Positions 38,270 through 50,845 of a stretch of DNA of 64,000 bases are shown here, one piece after another; position 1 is the first letter of the stretch; each line of letters opens with the position of its first letter. The position numbers and the translations under genes were made by a program. The stretch is from Chiloscyllium plagiosum (lineage: Eukaryota). A model generated the notes under the pieces. It saw only the letters and a program-made list of their open reading frames with translations, made no database searches and was not told the origin of the DNA. Where the stretch lies: positions 24,568,725 through 24,632,724 of the forward strand of contig NC_057734.1 in NCBI RefSeq assembly GCF_004010195.1, given 5' to 3'.

Positions 38270-40175
38270 ACTAAAAAAAAGTATGGTCGGCAGTACATCA
38301 AAATAATTTAAATTAAAGCTATGAAACTAGACCAGAGGATTAGGATTTCTTTTTCAGAAATCAGCCCCAGATTAGTAAAAATGAATAAAGAGGGAGAAAA
38401 TTGATTTTGAGAGTAAATTGATAAGAAATATAAAAACCAACAGCAAGAGTTCTACAGGTATTTAAAAAGAAAAAGAGGAAGTGTAGGAACCTTGGAGAAT
38501 GCAACTGTGTAATTAATAACAGAGAGCAGGAAAATAGTAGGTAAATTAAATCAAAATCTTGTATCAGTCTTCATGGTGGAAGATGCTATAAGCATCCCAA
38601 AGATAAGAAAGAAGCAGTGCACTAACAGGAAGAAAGGTCTTATAATAGCCTCTATCACAACGAACAAGTATTTCACAAACTGATAGGAGTGAAGATAAAC
38701 AGGTCGTCAGGACCTGATGGAGTGTCTCCAAGAGTTTTAAAGGAAGTGGCTGCAGATATAATGGAGGCATTGGTCAAAATATTTCAAACCTCATGGATTT
38801 CAGGTGAATTGAAAAATCACTAAAGTAACACCCCTGTTCATGAAGGGAGGGAGAAGTAAAGCAGGAAACTAGAGCCCCAGTTAACATAGCATTTGCAATA
38901 GGTCAATTGACATTTAGCAATCAAATAGAGTGAACTCAGTTTTGAGAAAGGAAAATCATGTTTGACAAGTTGGATACAGTTTTTATTGAGGTCTTAATAT
39001 GCAGAGTTGGTAATGGGGAACTGGTGGATGTGGTGTATTTGGACTTCCAGAAGGCATTTGATAAAATGTCATATTAAAGGTTATTGAACATTGAAGCTCA
39101 GAATACTGAGGGGCATGGATTAAGGATTGATTAATCATGTTTGACAAGCATACAGAAGACATAAGAGGATTTGGGGTCTTTTCAAGATGTGGAGTTCCAC
39201 AAGGATCAGATCTTGGCCACAATTATTTACAATCTATATTAATGACTTAGACAGGGGCAGATTTTAATGTATTCAAATTTGCTAACGATACAAGAATAGA
39301 TGGGAGGGCATGTTTCAATGAAAACATGTTTAAATAGAGAGAGACTCCAAAAAAGCGCAGCACAGAGTAATTTGGGTGTTCCCTCTAATTTTCTGACCAA
39401 CTGTGCGTGTCTCCAAGGCCCGTGCACAGCAGTGACTTCTGAAACCACAAATCAATGCTACGACTAGCATGCCAACAACAATCACCATACAGGAACATTA
39501 CAGCACACAAAGCCACATAGCTTAGAGGGAATGTTGCTGTTCTTGTGCATGAAACATATGAAGTTAGCGTTCAGGTGCAGCAGGTAATTAAGATGGTAAA
39601 TGCAATTTTAGCCTAAATTCCTTGGAGGATGAAATTTAATAGTAGAGAAGTCTTGTTACAATTATACTGGGTGTTAGTAAGATCGCAAGGGAATTCTACG
39701 TACAGTTTTAGTCCCCATAGTTAAGAAAGAATGTACAGGAAAGAGTTCACTAGGTTCATTCCTGGGGTGAAGAGGTTGGACTTATTAAGTGTAAGTAAAC
39801 AGGCTGGGCCTTTATTCATTAGCATTTAGAAGAATAAGGGATGATTTTATGGAAACAGGCAAGATTCTGACTGGGAAGATGTTTCCAATAGTGTGGATCT
39901 TAAAAAGGGGGTATGGTTACAAAGTACAGCATACTCATTTAAAATTGATATGCAAAGGAATTCCTTCTCCCAGAGTGTACTGAATATCTGGATTTCTCTG
40001 CCTGATGAGGTGTGGAGGCAACGTTACTGAAAGTATTTAAAGAAGTGATAGATAGATTTTTGAAATATTAGAGTTGCAAACTATGATGAACTGACCATGA
40101 TCTTGTTAAATGATGGGGCAAACTTGAAAGGCCAAACAGCCAGCTCCTGCTGCTACTTCTTATGATTTTATGCTC
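38270..40175 (+). mobile_element. Old degenerate CR1 LINE
   Basis: GPDG, gtgtatttggacttccagaaggcatttgataa (VYLDFQKAFDK), GVPQGS and CR1 3' tail. Confidence 0.85.
39374..39536. mobile_element. Probable hAT-type MITE inside the CR1
   Basis: Inverted termini ttccctctaa (39379-39388) and ttagagggaa (39522-39531); CR1 sequence resumes on both sides; TSD not clear. Confidence 0.55.
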
Positions 40176-41153
40176 TTGAAAATCTTTTTCTGACACTATG
40201 CCTTTCACATCCATACTCAGGATGTCCCAAAGCACTTTACAGCTCAGTAGTTTTACAGTGTAGTAACTATTGCTATATAGGCTAAATAAAACTTATGTAT
40301 TGTTAACAAGAGCTTACTTCTTCCTTTTTCAGTCATTTCCTATTGCTGTCATATTGATTCAATACAGTATTGTTTCAAATTATTTCAACATAACAGCACC
40401 ACTGTTTCCTATGTATTTCCCTTCTGAAAAAAAAACTGATCTGTTCTCAATGCTGAGATTTATTATACTGATCGATTCTGAATATACTACTCCAACCATA
40501 TCTCTTTGCTTTACTATTGTAAAGGCACAACAAGCTGTATTTCGTAAAGAATGCACAGATCTGTGAAGAAAATGGGGACAGGGAAGACCATTCAGGCCCT
40601 TGAAAGTGTTCCACCATTTCTTAATTTCAAGTCCATTTACTTGGTTTCTATTTTACCTCAATACCGTTACCCAACAAAAAATGAACTCTTGATACCTGTC
40701 ATTAAAATGTCAATTGATCCAACATGCAGAGTCTTTGGAGAAATATTCCGAATTTCCACTGTCCAGTCATACTGTTCGGTCAATGCATCATGAAATAGAC
40801 CTCATCTTTCTCACATCCATTTCTTAGCCACTTATTTACATTCACGATCTTTTTATCCCTATGCAAAACAGCGTGTATCACAGTTTTTTTTTTCACAGAG
40901 TAGCACCCATTTTATTTGCTGTCAAACTCCTGATACTCATTTAGCAGGGAAAATGTTTGTAACTACATTTGTCTTTCTCAGGAAATACTTGCAAAATTTT
41001 AGTAAAAGTATGAAAGATAAAAAGATTTGAATACAACTTCTGCATATCACACATCATCCTCACCAACTGTCTTGTCACTATCTGAAAATAAAATATAGGT
41101 GGTTAACTGGCAATTTCTATTAGCGCTGATACTCATTAGCATTAAGTACTTAC

Positions 41154-41256
41154 AAAAGAGTATCTGGTGGGCCAATGATGACAACTTCCCATCTGTATAT
41201 GTCATCATCATCTATTAATCCAGCAGAAAATCCATCCACTGGATTCTTATTTAGTT
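41154..41256 (-). CDS. UBE2G1: UBE2G1-like exon 2
   Basis: cctttgaag / gtaagt; 103 nt encoding (E)LNKNPVDGFSAGLIDDDDIYRWEVVIIGPPDTL(F). Confidence 0.95.
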
Positions 41257-42469
41257 CTTCAAAGGATAAAACACAAACATGAAATAGTGTAACAGTTACA
41301 CATTGGTGCAGAAACAATGTATCTGCCTGACAACATGAGTTGAAACAACAATAGCTTAGTTTGAGAATGACGGTCCGATTTAATGTCACTGTCTCATTAA
41401 AAAACTGTGGCTAACTTTAACAATAACTTCTAAGATGCCACAGTGTCAACCCTATGTCATTATTATTTGCCTGTATTCTTTGTGGTGATTAATCATACTT
41501 GAATAAATGAAAAATAAAAAAAAGTCAATTATCATCCGATGTAAAATAATTAACATTAGAAATTATATTGTTTAAATTATTTAATTGGATTGAAAGCTTG
41601 ACCATGCTTTAGTTATTAGACACATGCTAGATAATTTACAAAGGGGCCTGCTATCCCTCAAAGTATTTACTCTTCTTGTAAACCAAACACCACACATTTC
41701 AAAAGCTGTGCAGTAAAATGTATGCTATACATGTACATATTATATGTGCTAACAAAATTTATTGTATGTTAAATAGTGACATAGATTTTTGGTATGTCTG
41801 AAGAGGTTTAATGAACTTATAGCTATTTCTGTAGCCAAGGTGTTTTTTTTCCCAAAAAGGATAGTTCATGGAGACTATTGGGAATTTGTTTACATTGGAA
41901 GACTTTACAAGTGAACAAAAAGGATTGTGCAATACACATTTCAATTGAAGTTTTGGGGGGCTTAGGGGAAACATCCCATAACAAGGAAAGCAAAAAGATT
42001 TTTAGTTTCAGTAGGGGGCAGTTTGCAGAAGTCTTGGCCGAAGCTAGATGTGTAAAACAGCTGTTCTTGAGAAAAGCAGGTAGTTTAAAGACTGTTAAGA
42101 AATAGGTTCCCTCAGTGTACAGAATTTAATTTAAAAGTTCCAGACATGATGTATTTAGTAAAACCATGAAGGAGTTATTTGAAGTTGAGAAATTTTAAAT
42201 TCAGCATGAAGGCTCCAGGAGTTGATCACATTCTCAAGACAGAACAAGAAGTCCCAGTTAAATTAAACTTTATAGATGTGTAATAGAAGAGCATTATCTC
42301 TGGTGTCAGTTCTATAAAGGAGTGTTTTTTGGATTAATGACATTGTATTTTACCTTGTGTTTGAAAATATTTAAATTTATGTTAAATGTAAATGGTTTAT
42401 TCTATTTTGTCTTCATTTCTTTTATGTGAAATTAAACTGCAGTGTTTAAACAACATTAGTTTCCCTGGC

Positions 42470-42855
42470 GCATTGAAGGCTGAGCGGTTGCCTTATAGAG
42501 GATTATAAAATCATGAGGGGCATAGATAAGGTGAATAGCCAAGGTTTTTTCCCATAGGGGAAGCCCAAAACTAGAGGGTACAGGTTTAAGGTGAAAGGGG
42601 AAAGATTTAAATGGGATCAAGGTGCTACTTTTTCCACACAAAGTAAATGGAACAGGCATATATATATATGAATATAATGCCAGAGGATGTGATAGAGACA
42701 GGTACAATTATAATATGTGAAAGACATTTGGACAGGTACATGGATAGGAAAGGTTTAGAGGGATATGAGCCAAACGCAGGCAAATTGGACTAGTTCAGTT
42801 TAGGGACCCTGGTCGGCTAAAGGGCCTGTTTCCCTGCTGTATGACTATGACTCTA
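42470..42855 (+). mobile_element. CR1 3' end
   Basis: aaaatcatgaggggcatagataagg ... ctgctgtatgactatgactctat. Confidence 0.88.
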
Positions 42856-43434
42856 TAAAATATAACAATTCAAGTAATTCAGGGGGCTTACTACAGGCAA
42901 TTATAATGTGCAGTAGAAAAGGATAGATATGTGTAATTTGGTCAAAAGTAAAAACACAAAAAAAATTCATCAAGTCACTGTTCCCGATTCTGAAGCGCCA
43001 TAATGATTTTCTTATTTTACAATCGCGTCAGACTGATAACATCTGGATTTTATATAGCTTTGACGCCTGTTATATTCGTGCCATGTTTTTGATCGTGCCA
43101 ATGTTCAAAACACGACTGTGGTCCGTGGCCGTAAAATATTCCAGGGGCACTTTGCCAGTCTATCATAGTGATAATGCAGAGCCGGAGCGGGGAAGCGGAA
43201 AAAAAGTTACGAAACAATGACTTTTAAAAGAGCCAAACGACCGATGACACAACATTAACAATGTCCAAAATGTTTCCCTTTTAACCATTAACAGTTAGCC
43301 ATGGCCGAAATGAAACCAGTCAGAAGGAAATGGGGAGCTGAAAGTGGGTCGAGGCTCAGCAGCAAGTACAGTTCTCCCAGCCATCATTCATATCTGCAGC
43401 AAAGTTTTAGTGAGATTCCAAGGGCGGCGCATAC

Positions 43435-43477
43435 CTGCCAGCTGTTTCCTAAGGAGTAGAGCAGACTGGTCTGTCAT
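43435..43477 (-). CDS. UBE2G1: UBE2G1-like ubiquitin-conjugating enzyme, exon 1
   Basis: ATG at 43477; MTDQSALLLRKQLA plus 1 nt, then donor GTATG; matches the UBE2G1 N-terminus. Confidence 0.93.
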
Positions 43478-43938
43478 TACTCAAAGATCGAATCAAACCA
43501 AATAAAATACAAAAATCAAATAATAAAGGTAGAGAAGGTGGGTAAAATAGATGGTAAGGAGCAACCGCTCCAAGCCTTGCGGGCCCACGCTATACCAATC
43601 TTCAGCCTGCGGCCTTATAGGCTGCTCGCATTCCGGCCCCGGCATCTAAGCTGCACATGCGCCTTCCGCCTAGCAACGACAGAGCTGCCCGCCAAGTGCC
43701 GCTTTACTTTAACAGCCGTTTCTAATCTCGCAGTTGGCAAACAAACGTAGCTATATAATTTTAATTATTAAGTACGTTACGAGAGAAAAATACAATACGC
43801 CGTTATGGTGAATTATCATAATTCAGGCGTTAAGTGAGGAGCTCCAGCTGGAGGGAGGTCCGCAGCGCCATTTTTGATGCTGTTAACGCCACTGCTTTAG
43901 TGTCGCGTTCACTCAGAGATCTGATCGGACACAAGAAG
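43478..43938. promoter_or_regulatory. Bidirectional promoter shared by UBE2G1-like (-) and ANAPC7 (+)
   Basis: 461 bp between divergent ATGs; two CpG-rich blocks flank an AT-rich core (about 43745-43820); YY1 motif CGCCATTTT at 43866; NRF1-like TGCACATGCGC near 43652. Confidence 0.85.
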
Positions 43939-44039
43939 ATGAACGTTATTGACCACGTTCGGGATATGGTGGCCGCTGGCCTTTACTCCAACGTGAGATT
44001 ACTCAGTAGCCTGTTACTGACTATGAGCGACAATAATCC
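43939..44039 (+). CDS. ANAPC7: ANAPC7 (APC/C subunit 7) exon 1
   Basis: aagATG start; MNVIDHVRDMVAAGLYSNVRLLSSLLLTMSDNN(P); donor GTAAGT at 44040. Confidence 0.96.
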
Positions 44040-45099
44040 GTAAGTGGTTGGTTGCTGCTCGCGAGTTCTCTCTCATTTGATTCTGTGTATCCGAGCCTCC
44101 TCCCTTTGACATGGTTTGGTTTTAAAATGCAGTTTTACTCCCACCTCTCCGATAAACTCCCCAAACCTATTAAAAGTTTCAGAATTAAAATGATTTTGTT
44201 CTAGTCTCAAAGTGGGAGATGAAGAAGCCTTCTTAGCTTACAGGTACTGAATTGTGAATTGGAGTGTGACGGTCTAAGTCTTTGATTGCATTATCTTTAC
44301 GTATTCGGGCCAGTGCAGTATTGTCGCCTCCTTATTAGAATGATCTACGTCTTCACAGCTTAAATCAATCAGATGGGAGTGTTAGTCTTTATAAATATAG
44401 AAATAAAATACTAGGTGGGAGAAGTCATGCTTCATTAACTAAGGCCCTGCTTAGACTATTACCTGAAGTAAAACAGTTCTGTGCAGAATCCCTTAGGAAG
44501 AATATGTAGACCTTGGAATGCGTGCAATATAGATTTATTTGAACGATACCTCTATTGCAAGAAAGGAAAACAAGGAGGGTTTTTTTTCTTTTAAAAGTAA
44601 ACATTGGAATTTAAAGGTTAGGGTGCTTTTCAAGATAGGGTGATATTAGGAAACAGTTTTTCTTATAAAACATCATAGTCATTTGGAACACTTCTACAAA
44701 TGACAAAGGATGCTAGATCAATTAATTTGAAAGTTTAAATATATTTTTGAGAGTGATTAATTTCTAAAGACTAGAGAATGTAACCAAATCTGTAAATGTT
44801 GGTTTTGTGCCCCCAAAACATTATATTCAGTTAGGAAGTTTGAATTCAGTCTTGCCTCTTTGAATCCCTCCCTATCTCTACATCTTTGATTGGCTTTTTG
44901 TACCTGCAACCCTTGTTTTTCCTCACCTCTTGTAGCAGACCTTTCAACCTTTTTTTGGGGCAAAGCCATTATTGCTAAGCTTTCAGTAATCTTTGCAATT
45001 CTCTCCATAACTTGATTTTTCTGTTTTCTCTCCAAACCATGTAAAGCATGATGGACTGTTTTCTGTGCTAAGAATTTTTTTTTGTTATAATTTGTTGAT

Positions 45100-45370
45100 C
45101 TATTGAGGGTAGTATGTGTATGGAATGAGCTGCCTGAAGGGACCTAAGGGACAACTTTTTTCATGCAGAAGGTGATGCCAGAGGTAGTGTTGGAGGCTGG
45201 TACAGTTATAACATTTAAAAGGCATCTAGATGGGTATATGAATAGGAAAGATTTAGTGGGATATGGGCCAAGTGCTGGCAAATGGGACTGGTTGGGATAT
45301 GTAATCGGCATGGACAAGTTGGACCGAAGGTTCTGTTTCTGTACTGTACATCTCTATGATTGTATGACTG
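45100..45370 (+). mobile_element. CR1 3' end
   Basis: EAGTVITFKRHLDGYMNRK and tail ctgtacatctctatgattgtatgac. Confidence 0.88.
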
Positions 45371-45659
45371 TATTCTTGGGATAGTCTGGTTTGTTTTTGG
45401 AAAAATGGCCTTGGATAAAATGTTAAATCTAGGGTCCTGCCTGCCATTTCAATGTTAAAAGTTCTATTAACTTGTTCAGAGAACTGGAGGAATTCTGGTG
45501 CTTGGTTAATGTACCTTCCTCAACTAGCAGTGTTTTTAAAAAAAAAAGTTTATCTCATTGTTTCTAGGATTTTGATTCTGCAACTTGCATACTACATTTC
45601 CCTGAGTTTTGATGTAACATATCATTGTATTTAATTGTATGTGAGAAGATGTAACCTTA

Positions 45660-46425
45660 TCTGTATTGAGTAGAGGGACCTAGGGGTTCAGGTACATAAC
45701 TCTTTTTAAAGTTTGCATGACGTATAGACAGGGTGGCTAAAAAGGTGTTTGGCACACTTGCCTTCATTGCTCAGCCATTTTAAGTATAGGAATTGAAGTC
45801 ATGTCGAGGACATTGGTGAAGCCTCTTGAGTACTGTGTGCAGTTCTGGTGGCCCAGTTTTAGGAAGAATATTATTAAATTGGAGAGGGCTCAGAAAAAAA
45901 TTTACAGGATGTTGCTGCGTGTGGATGGTTTGAGTTATAAAGAAAGGTTGGATAGGTAGGGTTAATGATAGGTGTCTTTTCCCTAGGATGATGGATTTCA
46001 AGACTAGAGAACATTTTTAAAGTAAGAGGAGAGAGATTTTAAAAAGTCATGAGAGACAAATTGTTTACACAGAAGGTATTCCTGATGAAGGGCTTTTGCC
46101 CGAAACGTCGATTTTGCCTATCCTCGGATGCTGCCTGAATTGCTGTGCTCTTCCAGCACCACTGATCCAGAATCTGGTTTCCAGCATCTGCAGTCATTGT
46201 TTTTACCTACACAGAAGGTAGTTTGCATGCGGAATGAACTTCCTGAGGAAGTGGTGGGTGTGGCACAATTACATTGTTTAAAAGACATTTGGATAAGAAC
46301 ATGAATAGGAAAGGTTTGGAGGGATATGGGCGAGGCACAGATGGATGGGACTAGTTTAGTTTGGGATTATGGTTGGCATGGACTCGTTGGATCGAAGGGT
46401 CCGTTTCTATGCTGTATGACTCTAT
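45660..46425 (+). mobile_element. CR1 3' portion interrupted by a Penelope terminus
   Basis: LEYCVQFWWP, FKRHLDKNMNRKG, tail gctgtatgactctatga. Confidence 0.88.
46079..46207 (+). mobile_element. Solo Penelope terminal fragment starting at a hammerhead motif
   Basis: ttcCTGATGAagggcttttgcccGAAAcgtc; 13-bp TSD tacacagaaggta at 46066-46078 and 46208-46220. Confidence 0.9.
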
Positions 46426-46512
46426 GATGGTATCTTGAAACAAACTGATGATAAACCTCTGGAAAGAAAAGAGAGAAATGCAAATGTTTGTCATTGTATA
46501 TGAAGAACTTTG

Positions 46513-46862
46513 AGGGAAGCATTGGTCTAGTGGCATTATCAAGGGACTATTAATGCAGGAACTCTGGGAACATTCTGGGGATATGGGTTCAAATCATGCC
46601 ATGACAGATGGTGGAATTTGAATTCAATAAAAATCTGGAATTAATAGTCTAATGGAGATCATGAAACCACTGGCAATTATTAGGAAAACTCAACTAGTTC
46701 ACGAATGCCCTTTCAGGAGGGAAACTGTCATCCTCCCCTGATCTAGCCTATATACGATAGCAATGTGATTGACTTTTAACTGCCCTCTGGGCAGCTAGGA
46801 ATGGGTAACAAATGTTTGTCTAGCCAGTGGTGCCCACATCCCATGAATGAACAAAGAAAAAA
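46513..46862 (+). mobile_element. tRNA-derived SINE, second family (near full length)
   Basis: A box tggtctagtgg, B box ggttcaaatc, tail cccacatcccatgaatgaacaaagaaaa. Confidence 0.85.
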
Positions 46863-47176
46863 CTTTAAGAATTTCTGACAGATGTGATGAGATGTTCTAT
46901 AAAAAGTGCCTTTTATTAGAGAAAATTCAATTTTTGATAGAATTATCTTTCTTTTTTAAATTTGCTCATGTTCTGAATGTTAACCTGACTACTTGACTAT
47001 GGTTGTTACAATAGGAAATTGGCATTCCCAGACATTTGCATTGTTCCTTCTATTGTGATGTGGCACAATTTGTTGTCACTGTTGATGCTTTGTTTCTGAA
47101 ATTATTGTATTTAACCCTACATTCTTTACCTGATGCTGGTTTTCTTGAACAGTGGACTGTTCTGGGCAGTAACTAC

Positions 47177-47367
47177 ATAGAACATAGAACATAGAAGAAT
47201 ACAGCGCAGTACAGGCCCTTTGGCCCTCTATGTTGCGCCGATCCAAGCCCACCTAACCTATACTAACCCACTATCCTCCATATACCTATCCAATGCCCGC
47301 TTAAATGCCCATAAAGAGGGAGAGTCCACCACTGCTACTGGCAGGGCATTCCATGAACTTACGACTT
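47177..47367 (-). mobile_element. Young CR1 3' end with (gttctat)n tail
   Basis: (catagaa)x3; nearly identical to part of 60398-60510. Confidence 0.85.
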
Positions 47368-48194
47368 ATGAACTAGGAATTCCTTGTTTTAGATCAGATA
47401 TTCTTGTCCATTGCAGAATCAATTCCTGGAATGGAGCAGCATGGTTGAAGCTTTAGTTAAAACTGACAGAAGATCAGGGAGCGAGCATGGCTTTTGAACT
47501 GGGTGGTGGAGAAGGAGGAGGAGGAGGATTAGAGAAAGTTGGTACCAGTGAAGGGGAAGAAAAGCATCCTTTACATAGAGAAGGAATCACCAGGCTAGTA
47601 CACTAAATGAGTGAACAACTCATTTTTGCTATATATGGAAAGAGAAGTGAGAAAAGCACACAATATTGATCTGCTATTCTTGTAACTTGTTTACTGTTAA
47701 CTCCATCTGTTGCCCCAAAATTCTTGTAAAATTTGTCAATTGACAAATAGCTATGTCAATATTTTCTGGGAGCCTGCGTATTGGACAGCTGTGTGCACCA
47801 GTAGGAATGAGGAAGGGTGTAATGTAGGTGCACTTAGTCCATATGGACTCCAGAAGATCTCAAATTTGGCTCACCAGCACCTTCTCAAGGATAATTAGAG
47901 ACAGACAAAAAACAAATTGGTCTTGTGAGAAATATCCATATCCTGAGAATAAATAAAGAAAAACTGAGGCATCATTTGCGAGGAGTGTATGCTATTCTTA
48001 AAAAGTTGTAAAGAGAATTGAAAAGAAAAATTGACATTCGATTTATGATGAAATAAAATTACCATGGGAAATTTGTCTAATTTGATTAGTTGTGGTTTTG
48101 ATGACCATCCTTTTTTTTTGGTCTTTCAAGAAATAAGGATTGCCAGTAATTTCACAGGTGCACTAATTATGCTTTGTTTGTTCTTTGTTGTCAG

Positions 48195-48381
48195 AGAATT
48201 ATTTTCTCCAGTACAGAAGTATCAGCTACTGGTCTACAATGCAGATGCTCTCTTTCATGACAAGGAATATCGTAATGCTGAATCTAAATATAAAATTGCT
48301 TTACAACAGAAGAAAGCTCTAAGCAAGACAACAAAAGTGAGACCAGCTGGTGGGAGTACTCCCTCAACTCCACAAACACAG
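48195..48381 (+). CDS. ANAPC7: ANAPC7 exon 2; gene continues beyond the window
   Basis: gttgtcag / gtagtg; 187 nt, phase-compatible with exon 1, encoding ELFSPVQKYQLLVYNADALFHDKEYRNAESKYKIALQQKKALSKTTKVRPAGGSTPSTPQTQ. Confidence 0.96.
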
Positions 48382-49526
48382 GTAGTGTGTACAGAACAGA
48401 ATAACATACTGAGTTAACTTTATTGCCCTCTTTCGCTGTTGCTGTCTCTCCATGAAAGCTGTCAGACCAGAGTATTTTCAAGCAGTTTCTGTTTATTTTC
48501 ATATGTTTTATATCTACACCATTTTCCTTTTTACAGAGGTTTTTAAGTTCTTTATGGTTTATAGGAAAGTTATTGAATTACTCTCTCATTTGTAACTGCA
48601 TGATTACATAGCCCACAGTGGAGGTGAAGGGCAAAAGAAATATTTTCTGACAGTTAGACTCCTTCAGGCATGGCCAGGACTCCTTTTTTTCAGTGTTAAA
48701 TTAAAAACAAAATCAGTTATTTAGGCATAGAAAGCAGGTCATTGATTAGAATTTTAAAAATGCCATGTTGCAGTCACTTTTCTGATTAACTACGTTTGCT
48801 TCTCTGAAAGTACTTTTGCTTAGATGTGTAATCAGCCTGCTTTAGTGGATAAATGGTACAACCATCAAACAATGAACAGAAGCTGGCCCCTTGAATATAC
48901 TTCACTATTTATTAAGATCTTGGCTGATTTGAATGTGACCACAAATCAACATTCCTGACTGCCCTGTTAACCTTTTACCCCTTGCTTACCAAGAACATAG
49001 CCCCCTCTGCCTTAAAAATATTGAAAGACCCTCATCAAGAAGAGTGTTCCAAAGACTCATTACACAGAGGAAGAAATAAATTCCTCATCTCTGTTTTAAA
49101 TGGGTGACTCCCTATTATTAAACAGTTATTTCAGCCCACATCTACCCTGATTAGATAATTTTAAATTATACACAAGTTGTACACAAATCCAGGTTTTTAC
49201 CATCTCTACCCACCAATGTCCTAATACAAGGATCACAGCAGTGAAAATGAAGAATCATTGCTGTCCTGGTTCTAAAAAGGAAAGTGACATCTCGCAATCC
49301 AAAATCAGCGATTTTCTTATTCTCAGTTTTGGTAGCAAATTGAATGGTCCTCAAATCATTTATTGTTTGACAGCTGGAATTGAACATCAGTGGAAAGTGT
49401 AAATTTGCTATTCTGTAAGGCATATAAACATTCCTAAATATGTTATGTAATTGATGTTGTTTGAGACTGTGCCTTTGGTAGAATAAAATGTAGTGTGCTA
49501 AACAAACTAACTGAGATTAAATTCAC

Positions 49527-50250
49527 AGGAAGTTGATAGCCTAGTGGTATTGCCACTAGAATATTAATCCAGACACCCAGGTAATGTCTTGGGGACCTCG
49601 GTTCGAAACACACCACAGCAGATGGTGGAATTTGAATTCAATAAAAATCTTGAATTGATCCATTGTTGGAAATCCCATTTGATTCACTAATGCCTTTGAG
49701 GGAAGGAAACTGCGGTCCTTACCTGGCCTGGCCTACATGTGACTCCAGACTCTCAGAAATGTGGTTGACTCTTAACTGCTCTCTTGGCAATTAGGGCCAA
49801 CCCTTATCCATGAATGAGTAATAAAATAAGAATGTGGACTTGTTGGGCCAAGGGGCCTGTTTCCGTACTGTAGGGAATATAATTTAATCTAATCTAGAAT
49901 TGTTACAATGCCGTAAGGTGCAATTTACCCCATTATGTCTGTGCCAGCTCTCCAAATGGGCATCGCTTTGAGTGCCATTCTCCCAGTAATCCTGGTCCCT
50001 CACAGCATCAGCGGTCCGGGTTTGATTCCAACCTCTGGCGACTATTTGTGTGGAGTTTGCTTTTTCTTCTCGTGTCTGCATGGGTTTCTCCCACAGTCCA
50101 AAGATGTGCCGGTTAGGTGAATTAGTCATGGGAAATGTACGGTTACAAGGATAGCATGGGGGGTGGGTCTGTTTGGGATGCTCTTCGGAGGAGCGGTGTG
50201 GACTTGATGTGCTAAATGGGCTGGGTCCACACTGTAGGGATTCTACGATT
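49527..50250 (+). mobile_element. SINE cluster: second-family SINE (about 49527-49828) and HE1-type pieces (about 49830-49895 and 49995-50250)
   Basis: B box ggttcgaaac; V-domain tgtgtggagtttgc; (aatct)n tail. Confidence 0.8.
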
Positions 50251-50845
50251 ACTGTTCCAAAATCTGAATTTGTAACTTTTATACAGAATTATTTTTGTAA
50301 ATTGACCATCAGTATGGTAGTGTGACTAAGTGCTCCATTCTAGTGGATTCTGCTTTTGTGTTGGAATACAAGACATCTGTGTCAATGTGTAAATTGCTGC
50401 CATGTGCGTTTTTCAAACTATTAGTTTTCATTTTTTAAAAATAACTCAATAGCCAATTTCAAATCCATATATGGTCTGTAGAGAGTTTGTCCATGTGAGT
50501 TATGGAACATCGGTAGTAGAGAATAGAATACTTCCATATTTTGCTTTCAGTTTTGGCTTCAGTATGAAGCATCCTGTGCTTTAGCTCACCCCAATAGTTT
50601 AATGACAGCTGTAAATCCCTCCCAGGGATCAGGAAGTGCTTTTCTGAGTTGGCCATTAGCAAGAAAATCTCTCTTAGTTCCCCATTTTGCGTTGGGAACA
50701 TATGAATTAAGAGTAAAAACAGTAATATCACAGCTGATCTGTTTTCTTTAGTTCAGAATTCCTTGTTCCCATCAGTCCTTGGTGGCCTTTGGTTCCCTTG
50801 CCTCCCTCCATCTTAGAAATATTCAACAAACCTACTTCCAATATT

